Shown here in pieces: positions 1-14,825 of a DNA stretch of 64,000 nucleotides. A program made the translations under genes and the position numbers. The DNA comes from Convolutriloba macropyga (taxonomy: Eukaryota): the NCBI RefSeq assembly GCF_964194025.1, contig NC_134468.1:37138001-37202000 (forward strand), written 5' to 3'. Every line of letters starts with the position of its first letter. Positions within the stretch are counted from its first letter, which is position 1. The notes beneath the pieces are model-generated. The model ran no database searches. It saw only the letters and a list, made by a program, of their open reading frames with translations, and had not been told where the DNA came from.

Positions 1-3000
1 CCCTCAGCTTTAAATAGACCTTCGAAATATGATTCCCAAGTTGGAATTGTAATTCCGGATACTTTTGCTAAAACTTTTTTTGACTTCAGTATTTTCCAAA
101 AGTCTCGCTTTTCTGATTCCGCTTTTCTGATTATTAAACTTTCGTAATCTATTTCATGCATCATTTTGTGTTTTCTGCAAAGTTTCTTAAAAGTTATTTT
201 CTTTTTAAAATAATCAGAATCTGCTTATGCAATAGATACAGTTCTCTTTTGAACGATTTCGGTGATTTTCTTTCAGTCCGAACGGTTGCTGATTCATAAA
301 TGGCCTTGGGGAATTCGTCATACGATATGTCCAATGCTTTGCTATTGTGCAGATTTTGAACGCTTTTCAATCGTTCGTTCAATTGTTCAACATCGAGTAT
401 ATGCATTTGCTTCTTTCTGCTTTCCGCTATATCATTTCTGCATTTTAGATCAAACCAGCAAGAAACCGGCTTGTGCTTTGTTAGGAATGAATTGTTGATT
501 TTTATTTCGTTAAAGAGTTCTACGAGTTCCTTGCTTACGAAAAATAAATCAATAACACCTTTACCGCACTGAAATTCGTATGTTACTTCTTTATTGTCGT
601 TAACACATTGAAGATTCCAGTTAATTAAAAATTCGCAGAGTAATTTTGCCATTGCAGCAGATGTTATGCTTGATTGTTTTTTCAAGTGCTAAACTGCGTC
701 AATTGTGGACAGTTTGAGTCTGAAACCAGACGCAAACTTTGTCTCTTTCATCTTATCTAGTGACTGGGTTACTTCTTCTAGTTTTTCCGAGGCCTTCTCG
801 TAGCTTTATATTTGCTTCTTCAGCTTCTTAATTTCTTTGGCTGCACAGAAACCGCAAGTGAAATCTAACAATTCCGTTTGTGCTTTCATTTCAAGAGTGT
901 ACACGCGGATATCAGTCAACATACCGCAGTCATTTTGACATTCTACCGTTAATTGATAACCTTTATTCGCCGGCATTTGCGTCTTTCTAATATAGAAGAA
1001 GAAGATTGAATTAAGCATAAGATCACACTGAAAAATTGTCCAAATTATTTACAGATACAGAAAATAAACATTGAATTTAATTGTTAAAGAGTTTATAGAA
1101 CTTTTGTAAAAGTGTCCCGTTTAAAAAGTGACTACAATAAAGAATATGGTCTGTTGATAAAAGAGTTTTTTTTGCAAAATCTGCGCACACATAGGTTTTT
1201 CTCCCATTGGTAAAAACCTTTCATACAACAAAAATTATTGTGCAGTCCATTGGCATAGAACTTGGCAATTACTCTCCTGTGTTTTGGCGGGCAGTCTTTT
1301 AATCCATGTATATCATGAAACATCAATTTGTTTAAAATCACTGAGGTTGAGGAGTATTTGCTTAGTCCGCACCAACTTTTCCAAAAAACGGCTTCTATTT
1401 TCCGGTAGTGTTGTTTTAATTCAATTTCAAAAATTTCATCGGCGTACGTCTCTAATCCGTAAGTTGTGGCTGAAAAAATTATTGAATTGAAGAGTTGTTG
1501 TGCTGAGTTGAAATTGACCTTCTCTAGATTTATTTTTTGGTTTTTGAAGCTACTGATTGATAACCTTTGTTCATTAGATGCTTTAGATGATGACTGGGAG
1601 ACAACGTGCTTGAAAAAATTACACCTAGATACCAAAAGTAAATTCAATTTCTCTTTTCGATATTAAGAATTTTTCATCAACAACAAAACGGCCACTTCTT
1701 CTAAATTTTGTGCATTTTGTTTTGTTTACATTAATTTTCAAATAATTCCTGCTACAAGGTGTTCAGATTATTCAAACTTTGTTGTAGTTGGAATTGGCTA
1801 TGGTTCCCTAGTACTAAGTCATCAGTGTAAAATATAACATCTAATGCCTTGGATTTCAGCTCAAATTATAAGTCAGCTATGAATGAACTAAATAAAAGTG
1901 GTGAGAGATTTTCTCCTTGTGCTACTACTGATTTCTGTTCAATATCATTTGATAAGAACTCTCCATCAAGAAGTTGCATTTTAGCACACATTGTATTGTG
2001 TGTAGCATGTTCCCGTGGAGCCCCATTTTTATCAGTTTTGTAAGCAGCAGATTCCTATTTACGAAATCGAAAGCTTTTTCGTAGTCAATGAAGCAGGCAT
2101 AGTATTTGCCATTGCAGCTGCTGTTATGCTTGATTGCTTTTTTCAAGTGCTAAACTGCGTCGATTGTGGACAGTTTGCGTCTGAAACCATATTGACTTGA
2201 TGGTAAAATTTGATTTCGCTCGACCCATATTCGCAAACGCTGGTAAATGATACCCGTTAACAACTTGTACATGCAAGATAACAGACTAATGCTTCTGTAG
2301 GAACTTGGTTCTGTTTTGTTCCCTTTGCCTTTGTACAGTGGTTTAATATATGATAACTTCCAAAATCTTGCTACATTATGCTCCGCAAAGCAGAGGTTAA
2401 ATAAATGGAATACGTATCTTTGCATTGACTGAAAAACTAAATTAATACTAGTGTTGGTTATTCCATCTGGTCCCGCTGCTTTACCAGCTTTTAACTTTGA
2501 AGCTTCGTCGGTAATTTCTTCCAGTGTTATTCAAATGTCCGGTACATTTCCAGTTTGAAAAACAATAATCGTGGTTTCCTAAGGTTTGCTCGTCTAAAAG
2601 CTCATCTGTTATTTCGCCCTCAGCTTTAATTAGACCTCCGAAATATGATTCCCAAGTTGGAATTGTAATTCCGGATACTTTTGCTAAAACTTTTTTTGAC
2701 TTCAGTATTTTCCAAAAGTCTCGCTTTTCTGATTCCGCTTTTCTGATTATTAAAAATTCGTAATCTATTTCATGCATCATTTTGTGTTTTCTGCAAATTT
2801 TCTTAAATGTTATTTTCTTTTTAAAATAATCAGAATCTGCTTATGCAGTAGATACAGTTCTCTTTTGAACGATTTCGGTGATTTTTTTCAGTCCGAACGG
2901 TTGCTGATTCATGAATGGCCTTGGCAAATTCGTCATACGATGTGTCCAATGCTTTGCTATCGTGCGGATTTTGAACGCTTTTCAATCGTTCGTTCAATTG

Positions 3001-5090
3001 TTCAACATCGAGTTTACGCATTTGCTTCTTTCTGCTTTCCGCTATATCTTACGAAAAATAAATCGATAACACCTTTACCGCACTGAAATTCTTATGATTG
3101 CAATTAATTAAAAATTCGCAGAGTAAGTTGCCTCTTTCCTTTGAGTCGAGTCTGCAATTGAAGTCGCCGCCCAGGATCATACGTGCTCTGCGTTGACAGC
3201 ATTAATGAATGCTTCGGTAAGTGCTTGATATATTCTCTAAATCGGTTTTCGGTGAAAAATATGCTGCAATTATAATTAGGCTGAATTCTTTGATCTGTAC
3301 TGCTAATAATTTACTTTTCTGATGAAGAACATTGCATGTAATTCTTAATTGTTTACTCAGTGCAGTTGCTAAGCCGCTTTGCAGCCGCCTCTTCCCGCTT
3401 TTTTATTGCCTTTGTGCAGAAGCATGTGAAACCAGGTATTTCAACTGAACTTACACTGAATGTTTCTGTTAATAGTAAGATATCGTGTGCGATTGCTTCA
3501 CTTGTGCACGTTGATAATGTTCCTTTAGCACCTTCCACGTTCCATAAACAAATTGTTAGTCACGATCCTGTTTTCAACTATTTGATTCCCTTTAGTTTTG
3601 TACTTGGTGGAAGGTTTCAGCAGTCTTTTCGCTTTTAATTCTGCCACCATTTTTTTTCTATTTTCTCGCTCGGTTTTTGTTAGATCGGTTGTATAAATAC
3701 GCGCTTGAATCGTTCTTTTTCTTTTAAGCTCTCCGCTTTCTTTAGAAGGTCCCATTTCATTTTTTCCGTCTCGCACTTTATTGGAAGCAGCTGTTTGCCT
3801 TCTGTATTTTGTTTGCCAATTCTTTGACATTCAAATTTTAAGTCTACTTTCAGGGATTCAGCAATTTCGGAAACAAGACGATTGTCAGATGCTTCAGTGT
3901 TCTCGCTGTCAGGCTTTCTCCCGAGAAGAGCCAGGTTCTTTGAGCGCTTTTTCTGTTCAAACTGTATTTGGTTTACGCCACTGACAACTTCGGCGAAGCT
4001 CAGCTTCGATGGGACTGCATTAGATCTGGACTGGTTTTTCTCTTTCATCTTATCTAGTGACTGGGTTACTTCTAGTTTTTCCGAGGCCTTCTCGTAGCTT
4101 TCTATTTGCTTCTTCAGCTTCTTAATTTCTTTGGCTGCACAGAAACCGCAAGTGAAATCTAACAATTGTTTGTGCTTTCATTTCAAGAGTGTACACGCGG
4201 AAATCAGTCCACATACCGCAGTCATTGACATTCTAACGTTACTTGATAACCTTTATTCGCCGGCATTTGCGCCTTTCTAATATAGATGAAGAAGATTGAA
4301 TTAAGCATAAGATCACACTAACAAATTGTCCAAATTATTTACAGATACAGAAAATAAACATTAAATTTAATTGTTAAGATCACACTAACAAATCAGTCCA
4401 CATACCGCAGTCATTGACATTCTAACGTTACTTGATAACCTTTATTCGCCGGCATTTGCGCCTTTCTAATATAGATGAAGAAGATTGAATTAAGCATAAG
4501 ATCACACTAACAAATTGTCCAAATTATTTACAGATACAGAAAATAAACATTAAATTTAATTGTTAAAGAGATTATAGAACTTTTGTAAAGGTGTCAAGTT
4601 TGAAAAATGACTTCAATAAAGAATATGATCGGTTGATAAAGGAGTTCTTTCTCAAAATCTGCACACACATAGGTTTTTCTCCCATCGGTAACAACCTTCC
4701 ATACAACACAAACTATTAGGCTTTGTCCCGAGAAGAACCAGGTTCTTTGAGCGCTTTTTCTGTTCAAACTGTATTTGGTTTACGCCACTGACAACTTCGG
4801 CGAAGCTCAGCTTCGATGGGACTGCATTAGATCTGGACTGGTTTTTCTCTTTCATCTTATCTAGTGACTGGGTTACTTCTAGTTTTTCCGAGGCCTTCTC
4901 GTAGCTTTCTATTTGCCTCTTCAGCTTCTTAATTTCTTTGGCTGCACAGAACTCGCAAGTGAAATCTAACAATTCCGTTTGTGCTTTCATTCCTAGAGTG
5001 TACACGCGGATATCAGTCCACATTCCGCAGTCATTTTGACATTCTACCGTTACTTGATAGCCTTTATTCACTGGCATTTTTTTCTAATAT
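1..5090 (-). mobile_element. Rearranged head-to-tail array of a non-LTR retrotransposon (LINE, probably CR1/L2 group): ORF1, APE endonuclease, RT; pseudogenised
   Basis: ORF1 with Cys motif CQNDC..CGFC and FAEVV; endonuclease WNVEG..LLLTETF, GGDFN, VIDLFF; RT KPLYKGKG..YRSISLL..QYGFR, FIDYEKAFD, QGENLSP, YTDD. Segments repeat (1-420 ~ 2618-3045); ORF1 starts at 976, 4266, 4455 and 5077. Confidence 0.9.
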
Positions 5091-5282
5091 GTGTTACTTC
5101 TAACACGTGCTTGCTTTGCTGCCTCAACTGATTTTTTCTTAACAATTTTTCGAATTATGCCATTTGACAACAGATTCTTTGTTGCTAACATGACGACTGA
5201 TAAACGTGGGGCAACACACACTTTTAATACTGTCTATATAAAGACGTAATTCATTCTTTCTCTCTTTCTCTCTCTCTTTCTC

Positions 5283-5375
5283 TCGGGCAACACACTGCTA
5301 AAATAATTTAGAGATACCTTAATTAAACGTTGGGCAACACACTGCTACAATAATCTAGAGATACCTTCAATAGAC
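5283..5375. repeat. Short tandem repeat, ~48-bp unit, two copies, with a partial third upstream
   Basis: gggcaacacactgctaNaataatNtagagatacctt repeated; gggcaacacac also near 5208. Confidence 0.7.
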
Positions 5376-6400
5376 GTCGCCAACCTCATATTCAATAATC
5401 TGTTTTAATAACCAGAACGTCAATTCAATCTATTTTGGACAAAATTTGGTTGTAAAGGAATAAGATTATTTGGTCAATTGTTCCATAAAGAAAAAATAAT
5501 TCAATACATTTGAAATTATATGCAAAATTCGGACTACTCTTGAAAAGCGTAAATTACTAGTAGATAACCTTACTGGGTCTACATGGACTATAGAGTGAAG
5601 CTAATATTTTTGTTATGATTAAGAGAAACACTTGTGAGAACAATTTTTGAAAGGAAATAAGATTTCAGAGATTGTCACTTTGGTTGATAGCCATTGAGCT
5701 TGATCCTTCAGCTTCAAATATACTATATAGATTTTGGAATGACACAATAAATTATTGATATGAGCGGCTCAATAACTTTCAGTTTTCCTCCAACTCTCTA
5801 CGTTTTTGAAGACTGTTTGTGGTTTTTTTCCGGATATATGTTGATTTGTCAGCTGGTATCACCCTTCAACGAACGACTCATGTCGGCTTTTTTCGTTTTT
5901 CACAAACGAATATTATGTTGGCAATAATTTTTGCTTTAAATTTTTTCCTCTGTTTTACATCAGGTTTTCCGATCATTTTATTTCCTGCTGAGTGTTTGTA
6001 GCGTGCTCAGAGCTCGCGTTGTAGCGGATTTTTCTTTTGAATTAAGCATTTATCTGATTTAATATCTCCATACATGATAAATACGTATTGGCTACTGTGT
6101 ACAACCCGAATGTTATGTTGATGTTTAGTGGGTTCATATTATTTGGGAGCACCCAGGGGCACGCATAAAATAGGGGGACAGGGCAGGACAATGATTGGAA
6201 AGATCTGGGATGTACTGTGTCGACCCCCAGCTGTGTGGGCATATAAATTCTAAGACCACACTCAAGCGCACACTCTAAATTCTACATCGTAATGTGCTTT
6301 ATAAGAACACATAATTGGAGAGCCTAGAAAACTTTGGGTGGGGGCAAAACAGGACAGATCCAAGATCGGAATAATTATCACTGTTTCAGAGAGAAACAAC

Positions 6401-6813
6401 ATGGCTGACATTTTATGTAACTGGCTGAACCATGAAGTGAAGCTCTCACGGCAAATTGGTTTGTGAAATGTTGGCGTTTTGTTTCTTGTATGGCTCCATG
6501 TTTTCACGTTCTGTACTTTAGATCCGAATTCGGTGGCCCGTGAGTTCTCAAGTGGATATTTAATGGGTGAATTGCTGCGCAAGTATGAACTTCAAGAGGA
6601 CTTTGGACAATTCTCAAATAGCAGGTAATTGCAGTAATATATGATATTTTCGCAGTCGCTTGACAGTGTGGTACAATGTTATTATTTCAGCTCTACCAAT
6701 GCAAAATTATCAAACTTCACGCGGCTAGAGCCTACACTGAGACTGCTTGAGATCCCCTTTGATACTGTACGCGCCAAAGAGATAATGACTGAGAAGCAAG
6801 GAGTAGCAATCAA
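6401..6813 (+). CDS. SPEF2: SPEF2 exons 1-3 (6401-6458, 6522-6624, 6691-6813), CH domain
   Basis: ATG in aacaacATGG context; two short GT-AG introns; frame continuous through FSSGYLMGELL and NFTRLEPTL. Confidence 0.93.
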
Positions 6814-9800
6814 GTAAATTTTCTAGTTACAATTTGTTTTCTAATAATTGTGCGTTCTCAGATGGGAAATTTTACTAGCAAAAAATGCCACTTGAATAGA
6901 CTTGGAGAAATTCACAGCTGAAATTGATGGTAAAACTCACGTCAAGACATCCACTCCACAAAGTGTCTCAATCGACCAAAAGTTCCGTGCTGTGCAGAAA
7001 TTTCCCATCTCTTTTTCAACGATGTTTCTTTTCTGCATCTGGTTACTTTCATATCTTTTTTGTTCTAAGCGATCTCTAAAGATTGTACCACTAATTTAGT
7101 CCCGTTTATGGCAATGTTTTGAACAATTTTTGTAGGATAATCAAAACTTTTTTCGGTTATTCTCAACCACACCCTCCCCCCTCCCCTCCCTCATATAAAA
7201 AACAGGAAACCGGGAGCTTCTCAAAACTAGTCCTTCAGTGAGTTAATTATTGAACAATTAAAGTATCATTAATTTTCCATCAACACGCTGAGCACACTAA
7301 GCCCAATTGATTGACTTAAACTAAGCTATGATATTCGGTGGAAACGGAATATGCAATGGCGAGGAGGATTGGTACTATGCGTTCACAGATAGTGTTTTAA
7401 CCCATAAAACATCAAAAAATTAATCAAAATTTTAAAAAAATCTGTTTAGTTTAGATGGTCTAACAATATTTTTTATAAGTTCTTGTGGTATTAAAGGCAT
7501 TAGTCTTTATTAGTAGTAGAAGAATTAATTGCTCACTTTAACGTTGGCGGTGTTGGCTTTACCTCTAAGAATAGAAGAGTGTTGCTGAAGTGTTTGATCT
7601 AAATTGTTAGCTAAAATGTTTGCTAACATTTTCAAAATTCAGCCTTTTTCATCAAAAAAAGGCCCGAAATATGCTTCTTTACTCCACTTTGTTTATATTT
7701 AACGGATCAACACTCCCAGAAACTGCTGACACAAATTTCGTTAACTTTATGGGAGGATAGTTATGATTGCGCGTCCGTTGAGAGTGTTCTTGAATTGAAA
7801 CTTTGTCAATTTTTTGCTAATCTAACTCGATAATTATCCAAAATGCTTCTTTTGTTTTGTTATATTGACTTTTTTTGTTAAATTGTCCCTATCAGTAATA
7901 TTTGCAACAAATACGTGTTCCCAATGGACGAACAGCAATAGAAAGACTAGTTTTGGTCTAATCGTATTTTTTTAAAGTCCAAAAATGATTCGGATTGTAA
8001 TCAGTTGCTGTCTTTTCTTAAAGTGTTTTCAGGTTTTTTGTTTTTTTAAATCTTAATTACAGAACAGAACATTCAGATCAAGGCTTACTAATGACAGGTG
8101 AATTTGGCTGCCTAAAGCGTTACCTGGAAACCTATCTGTTTTTTGTCGAAAGCTGATGGTCGTTTTGACTTAAATTGGATTATTGCACTTAGCCCTTTTT
8201 AATTTTTTTTGTGTTCAACTTGTATCTTATGGTCAGCAAAGGCAGGTCACATTGTTTTACTTTTGGATTAAATTTTAAATTTTATTGCGGTTTTACTTTT
8301 TAAGTAATGATTTTTTGGGTCTCATACTGCGAGTTTTCACTAAAGTTTTCGATCTGTGGACATTTTCCCATCTTTGGGTTCTTGTTCTTGTATTATCACA
8401 TTATTGACAGGACAGATATTACATTATTGGCGCTTTAAAAATAGAGCAAAATGCGTCATATCAATTTGTTCAGTGAATAGACTATGGTTTCAAGGGCTTC
8501 GACACCTTCTTCTAGCAGAATATAATGGATTTTTTTTGTTTTCGTCTTTGTTTGTCTGTTTTTTTTTTGTAGTCGTACAAAACATTCCGGGTAATCGAAG
8601 ATCTTTATAATGGGGGCTCATTATCAATGAACAAAGGAACTTTTTTCACTGTTTTCAGTTGATACCTAATGCTTTTCATGACTTTGAAAACAAATGTTCT
8701 TTTTTAAAAAATAGAGACTTTTTCAAATTTACAATTTGCCGTTCTTTTTGTCTACTTGTTACCTAATTTCAATAAATACAGTTCGCATATCACATTATTG
8801 AGTATTAATAGAGGCTCAGTTGAACATTTCTAATTGTTTTTAGTGCATTGATTATTGTTTTTACGGTTTCGACACCGCTTCTTTGCAAAAAAAAAAATTA
8901 ATCGATTTTTTGTCTGTCTTTTTGTTGTTTTTGTAGTCGTATGACATATTCTGAATAATGACAGATCTCAATTTCTTTGTTTGCCGAAATAAATGAACCT
9001 ATTTAATGATTTAATTTGAAAGCTCATGTTTTTATGACTTTGAAATTACAGGTCATTAATTACATTAATTACAGATCGTCTGTTACGTTTTTGTTCTTTT
9101 TATATTTGCTACCGAGTCATTTTAAGGAGTGGTCCAATGTGTGTTTTTTCATAGTGAAGTACAAATAATTGTTTTAGTTTAGATTTTATTTGACGATGTT
9201 TTGGCTTTTTATTAAGTTCTTTTTTTTCAAAAAAATGGATATTGAATTTTGGATGTAAACAATGTTTCTTGTTATTCGACTTTGTTGTTTGTCTTGTCTC
9301 GTAGTGTCTATAATGGCAGGTCTCGTTGCCCATCGAATAAGGCGTTTCTTTAATGGTAAGCGATTTTTGTATTCATGCACCAATTATTTTCGAACATTGT
9401 TTTAATATTTGAAAGTTTTCTATTTTTTCCTCATTTGGTAGACAATTTAGCCAAAAATGTAGATGAACGGGTTTTGAACACTATATGTGAACGAACATTG
9501 ACGAGCCTCCTTGTTTAATTTTTATGCATAGTTGAGGAAGTTTGGCCATTCATGCAATAAAATAAACCTAAAACATAAAAAAGAGGATTCAATTAAATGT
9601 TGTTTTTTTGACATTGTCCCAATCTTTGAAACTTAAACATCAAACAGCTTCAACGAATTAGTTACATTTGCTGATCTACAGTTGTAGTTTTATATTAAAA
9701 TCAGACAGTCAACACGGAAAGAAATTATCATCATGCTACAACTTTTTCCTTGGAACTCACAGAAAGGCAGATCTGAGGTTTTCTTTTATTAACGAGGTTT

Positions 9801-12800
9801 CCATTAATCGACAAGTTCAGAAAAGAAACTTGAATCAGCAATTTTATTACCTCATCCGCGTGCGCCACACACTCATTAAGTTTTCTTTAATTTTGTGTTG
9901 AGTTATTCCTTGGTATACTTGAATTCAAAAACGTCTCTTTTGCAATTAGTGGTGGCTATTGTAGTTTTCTGAACCTGCATTTTTTATGGACCGTACCACT
10001 GGATCATTTTAACTTATAGTTGGTATGAAAAATCACAAAACACAAAAATTAGTCCAAACACAAAAATTCTTGTAAAAGCACCAAAGAGTTTGATTGGCGC
10101 TTTATCATATCATTGAATTTCAGTATTTGTTCTCATACATACATTTTTCTTCTCAATAAAATTGCAGCGTTTAGTTTTGATAACGTGTTGATAACGTTGC
10201 GATTTGAAATTTGAGACTACAAAACACAAGAGAATGTCTACAGAAAATACAAGAAAATTCCTAAGAAATTTTTATGCGTTTTAGTTTTTACTGAGACAAA
10301 GACCTGCAATTACCTAGAATAAAATTTTGTTCGCGTGATTAAAAAAAGAAAAAAAGTTTTGTACACGTTCTTTTTCGGGAAAAGATAATTCTTCACATAT
10401 CTTGCCCTAACATTTTCTTCGGCGATCAAAGTCAAATATTTCTGTTTGCTCAGGATTAAAAATAGAACCCAATTTATCGTTAATATAAAATTGAAATCAC
10501 AAAAATTTGGTAGTTTTTTTTTAATAAAATTCCCTTTTGCCAACACAGTTAAAAGATGTTATACGTTTCTTGTGAAACCGTAAAAATAATCTTGGCTAAA
10601 TATCACAAATTCGCAATGTGCACCTGGCCTGAGGTCACATTTTTTTCAGCGCCGAATGATACTTTTATTCTGTATTTTAATCTGACAAGTATCGTTAATC
10701 ATGTCAAGAATTACAATGATCAGAGTAAAAAATCTGGACAATCTTGTTACGAAACCTCCCACCACTAATCAGATCCAGCCCCCTTCTGACACATCAGTAA
10801 ATATTACATACAAGAAGGGCGATGATTATAAGGACAGAGTGCTGCGTGCTGCTGCCACTACTTCACTCTGTCTTCCATGACTCCTTGACTCTGCCCTCCC
10901 CCCTCATTGCACAGTTGCACAAATCACAAATGCACCCTACCCCCTCGTGTCACAAATGCACCCCCCTTGTGTCACAATTGCAACACCCCCCCCCCCCCCC
11001 CCCTCGACGTGGGGTGGTACAAATCCTTGGTTCCCTTCCCTTGATACAGATTGCCCCTTCCATCTTTTCTCTGCAAAGTAACCCGTTTCGATCTTCCTAT
11101 CTGTGGACATGTTCGCCGCGTTCACTGTTCACAGGAGCACCACTTCCTTGAACTCCCTTTCCTTTTCTGTCTGTTGACACCATCGCCGTCTTCTCCATTC
11201 ACGGAGGCACCACTGCCTTGAACTCCTTTTCCATTTCCCGATTTGTGGACAACATCGCCATGTCCATAGTTCACATTTTGCGAGTTTCAAAAATTGTCGG
11301 TAAGGCCAACTTTTCTGTTATCACTAAAAGTTTATTGGGAATCGGAATGTTGCGAAACTCTGCGCGTCTTTGTGCGTTTAATTCTAATCTTGATAAACTG
11401 ACAACCGCCTGACGTTTCTTTTCATGATCTTCATATAAGTTTAGATAGACTTACTAATATTTCGTTTAACTGGAAATAAATACTAATAATTGATGAGTTT
11501 TTGAACAAAAATGGTTCTCATTTCAATGATTTGAGTTTCAATTGTTTAGAATACTTTATGAACTGTTTGTGGCACTCGAGAACAAGCGAAAATCGCAGCT
11601 GACGGGAACAGCCATGGAAACAATGCGACCAAAAGCTCCCAAAGTTAAGGAGGAAATGAACAGAGAGTATTATCAAAATGTGAGTCTGCAATTATGTTTT
11701 TTTAAATATTCGCAGAGCTCTACAGAGTTGAATTGGAATAGTTCTTCACGGAAGTTTAAATTTAGTATCCTTTAATTTCTTTCGCTGAAAACTGAATTTG
11801 GGACCAGCAGTGAGTTCCTTTTTGTGGTCTAGTTAGTAAACCCCCTCCCCTCAGAAAAAAACCCAGTCTTATTTCAAAATTCATTTATCGTTTTTTAGGA
11901 GCGACTGTTGATCTATTAGCCAATTTGGAAAGGCCATCAAAATGTTCTTTTATTGATCACTTGCAAATGCTTCTACAGCAGTTGTTCAGAGTAAATTGTT
12001 AAAGGGATTATTTAGAATTTATCATAAAATAATATAACCTTGAGGCTTGAGATTATTTTCATATATTACGAAAATGACTATTCTCATATCCACAATCCAG
12101 AGAACTATAATTTATATAAACTAAAGCGACACAAAAATACGATAAAAAACGGAGAATCGAAGTTCCTGAATGGCAGAAAATGAACTATGCGAGCAACAAA
12201 GACTCCGTAATCTGTTTTCTCTTCATGCTGCAATACATTGGAGTTAACTCTTTGACAAATAATAGAAATGCGGTAACTTTTATTGAATAATTAGTATCTC
12301 GATGTTTTTGTTCGGGTAGAGACTGAAGCAGATCAACCCGAGACAGAGTGAGATGCAGTTGGAGCAGCTGATAGGGAAGTGGAGGGAACACAAGGAGAGA
12401 CTGTTGGAGAATGACCTCAGGTCCAGGTATGAGGAGGACGAGAGACTCAGACAGGAACAGCAGCGAAAGAGACACGAGGCACACCAGAGGGTCAGTCTCA
12501 TCACACTCTCATTTTTATCTGAATCTTTTTTATTTCTCTCTAGATCAGAATTTTGAAATTACTGCAGTCGTTCGGCTGCACACTTTTTTGTTGCGGTAAT
12601 TTTTGAACTGTGATGTGAATGTTTAAATCAGCGCTATATTTATTATGTTTTGACTTGAATTGCGCCTTCGTAAATCTGCACTCCGTGCAAGAAATCAATT
12701 GTGTGGTTGTTGTTCTAACACTTTCATGCATCAATAATTGGAGATAAATGCTCTGGGATAATCGTAATAACTGTTTGCCAAATATTATACATGCATCATA

Positions 12801-14769
12801 AGATATGGCTAATTATTGTTCTCTGAAGACGTGAGAAAAAATTGAAACAAATAATTACTTCATATAACCATATCCGTGATAATCTCAACAGTGGCAACTT
12901 CAATTTTATTATTTATTTAAATTACTTGCTCATATTTTATAACATGGATCGGTAGACGTTTTTATTAAAATTTCATCACAAGGTGTGCAAAAGAGAGCTC
13001 CTGAAGAGATATATATGGACAATTTGGTCCTAGTTATTCAGTGGAACAAGCAAACACGTGGCTACTCTTCATGGTTTTCTGTGTTTTGGACGATTGAATC
13101 AGTCCACGGTTTTGGCCTATTTGAAAGTGTCACAAGAGACATATGTACTCCTACAATGTGCAACTACATGTGTTTGAAACTTTCAGTCTCAAATAATTTA
13201 AGTTCAGTAGTTCTTTCATCCTATGAATTTTTCCTATATGTAGGTAACAATTTAATATGAGGTTCTCAAAAATTTTAGATACCGGAAAATTTTTCATCTT
13301 ATCCTAAGATTGACTAAGCTTTTTTTCTAAGTATCTTCTCGGCAAGACTCTCGTTTTTGTTCTGGAATTTTTATTCGCTCGCCTGAGCAATTTTACATGA
13401 AGCATGCATTTGTCAAGACTGATCCTTTCAAATTTACAAAAAAGGTTATGATGCTTTCTGTGTCTTTGTGTTTTGTTCTGTTTTTTTTTTACAAAAATGT
13501 GTGCCGTGAAAACTTTCAGAAGTCTCCTATAAATTTCCTATTTGAGAAGGTAGCCGAACAGTTGAGCTGGTTGCATTCGGAAAGAATAATGTAATGTGAT
13601 TTTGTAGCAGTTTTGTCTTTTACTGTAGTGTTATTGGAGTCATATTTGTGGCCGAAAAACATGACAAATTTGCATCTCTGCTGACATGATTTTATTTTTA
13701 TGTTGCTATGAATGAATATCAGTGCAGAAAAGAATGTAGTAGCCGGCCCGACAGCTGTTTAAGCTTCGGTGATTTGAAAAAAAAATAATACGTTTTTTTT
13801 TCATCAAATGCAAATGAACATTATCTCGTCAAGATGGTGGCTTTCTGATTCTTACTCAAATATTTTTGCAGACACGGGATATATTTGTTTAAATTTGAGT
13901 CATCATAAAGCAAGTACATCAAGATTAACTCAAGATAGTTAGCACTTTTGTTGCGCGTTGGTATTGCGTGCCAGGCAAAGCAAATTATATGAACAGAAAG
14001 CTGTAAGTAAATATAATGTAAATATTAAGTACCGGATAGCAGTATCAGAAGTTGCTCTGTTGTGAGTAACTCAAATACGCAAAATTCAACTGATTGGTTT
14101 TCGGAGCAAAAAATAAACAAGAAATGGCGCAGAATTTGATCAGAATAATTTTACATATCGTCTTTATAAGGCAATAAAGTTAAGTCTTAAAATTGTCTTG
14201 CGAATATGAATGGATTGCAGGAAATTCTAGATCAATTATACATAGAGCTAAAGATCAGTGTTAAAAGGCTATTTAATATGCAATTATAAATTGAAAACGG
14301 TGTGATTTTTGCAAATTTTTTCAATTTTCCTTTTTATATTGAAGTCTTTAAGGCAAGAAAAAAAACTATTTGTGGATTTTCACTTAAGTGTGAATTTTTA
14401 CTGTTGAATTTGAATTGAAAGTGTATTGAAAACCTTTTTCGTTAGGAAGTTTGCAACGCAATGTTGTTTCAGAATCAATCGCTTCCAAAAATAAGTTCAG
14501 TTTTTTTTTTCGATGACAATGACTTTGATATCACAAGATCAAAATACGTCTCTTCTTATTTTCGTACTATTGGCAATTAAGTTTTGAGCTATCAGCGGTT
14601 TCTAATTTTCGTTTTTTTTTCTGATGACATGACGTTGAATTTAGTTTGGAATTAACCGGTCTTCCTGCCTAATGTTTTCCTAACGAAATAAACGGAAACA
14701 CAATGAGCCTTGTCATGCATTGAGGTACACTTGCAATTTTGAAATCTGTAACATTTTGATGAGGCACGA

Positions 14770-14825
<56 letters not shown>

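Noticed and set aside
5200-5385. Spaced direct repeats resembling a mini CRISPR array
   Set aside because: Only 2-3 degenerate units with no unique spacers, in a eukaryotic context with no cas genes
5900-6400. Expected RFX X-box in the promoter of a motile-cilia gene
   Set aside because: No convincing GTYNCYATRGNAAC match found by eye near the start codon
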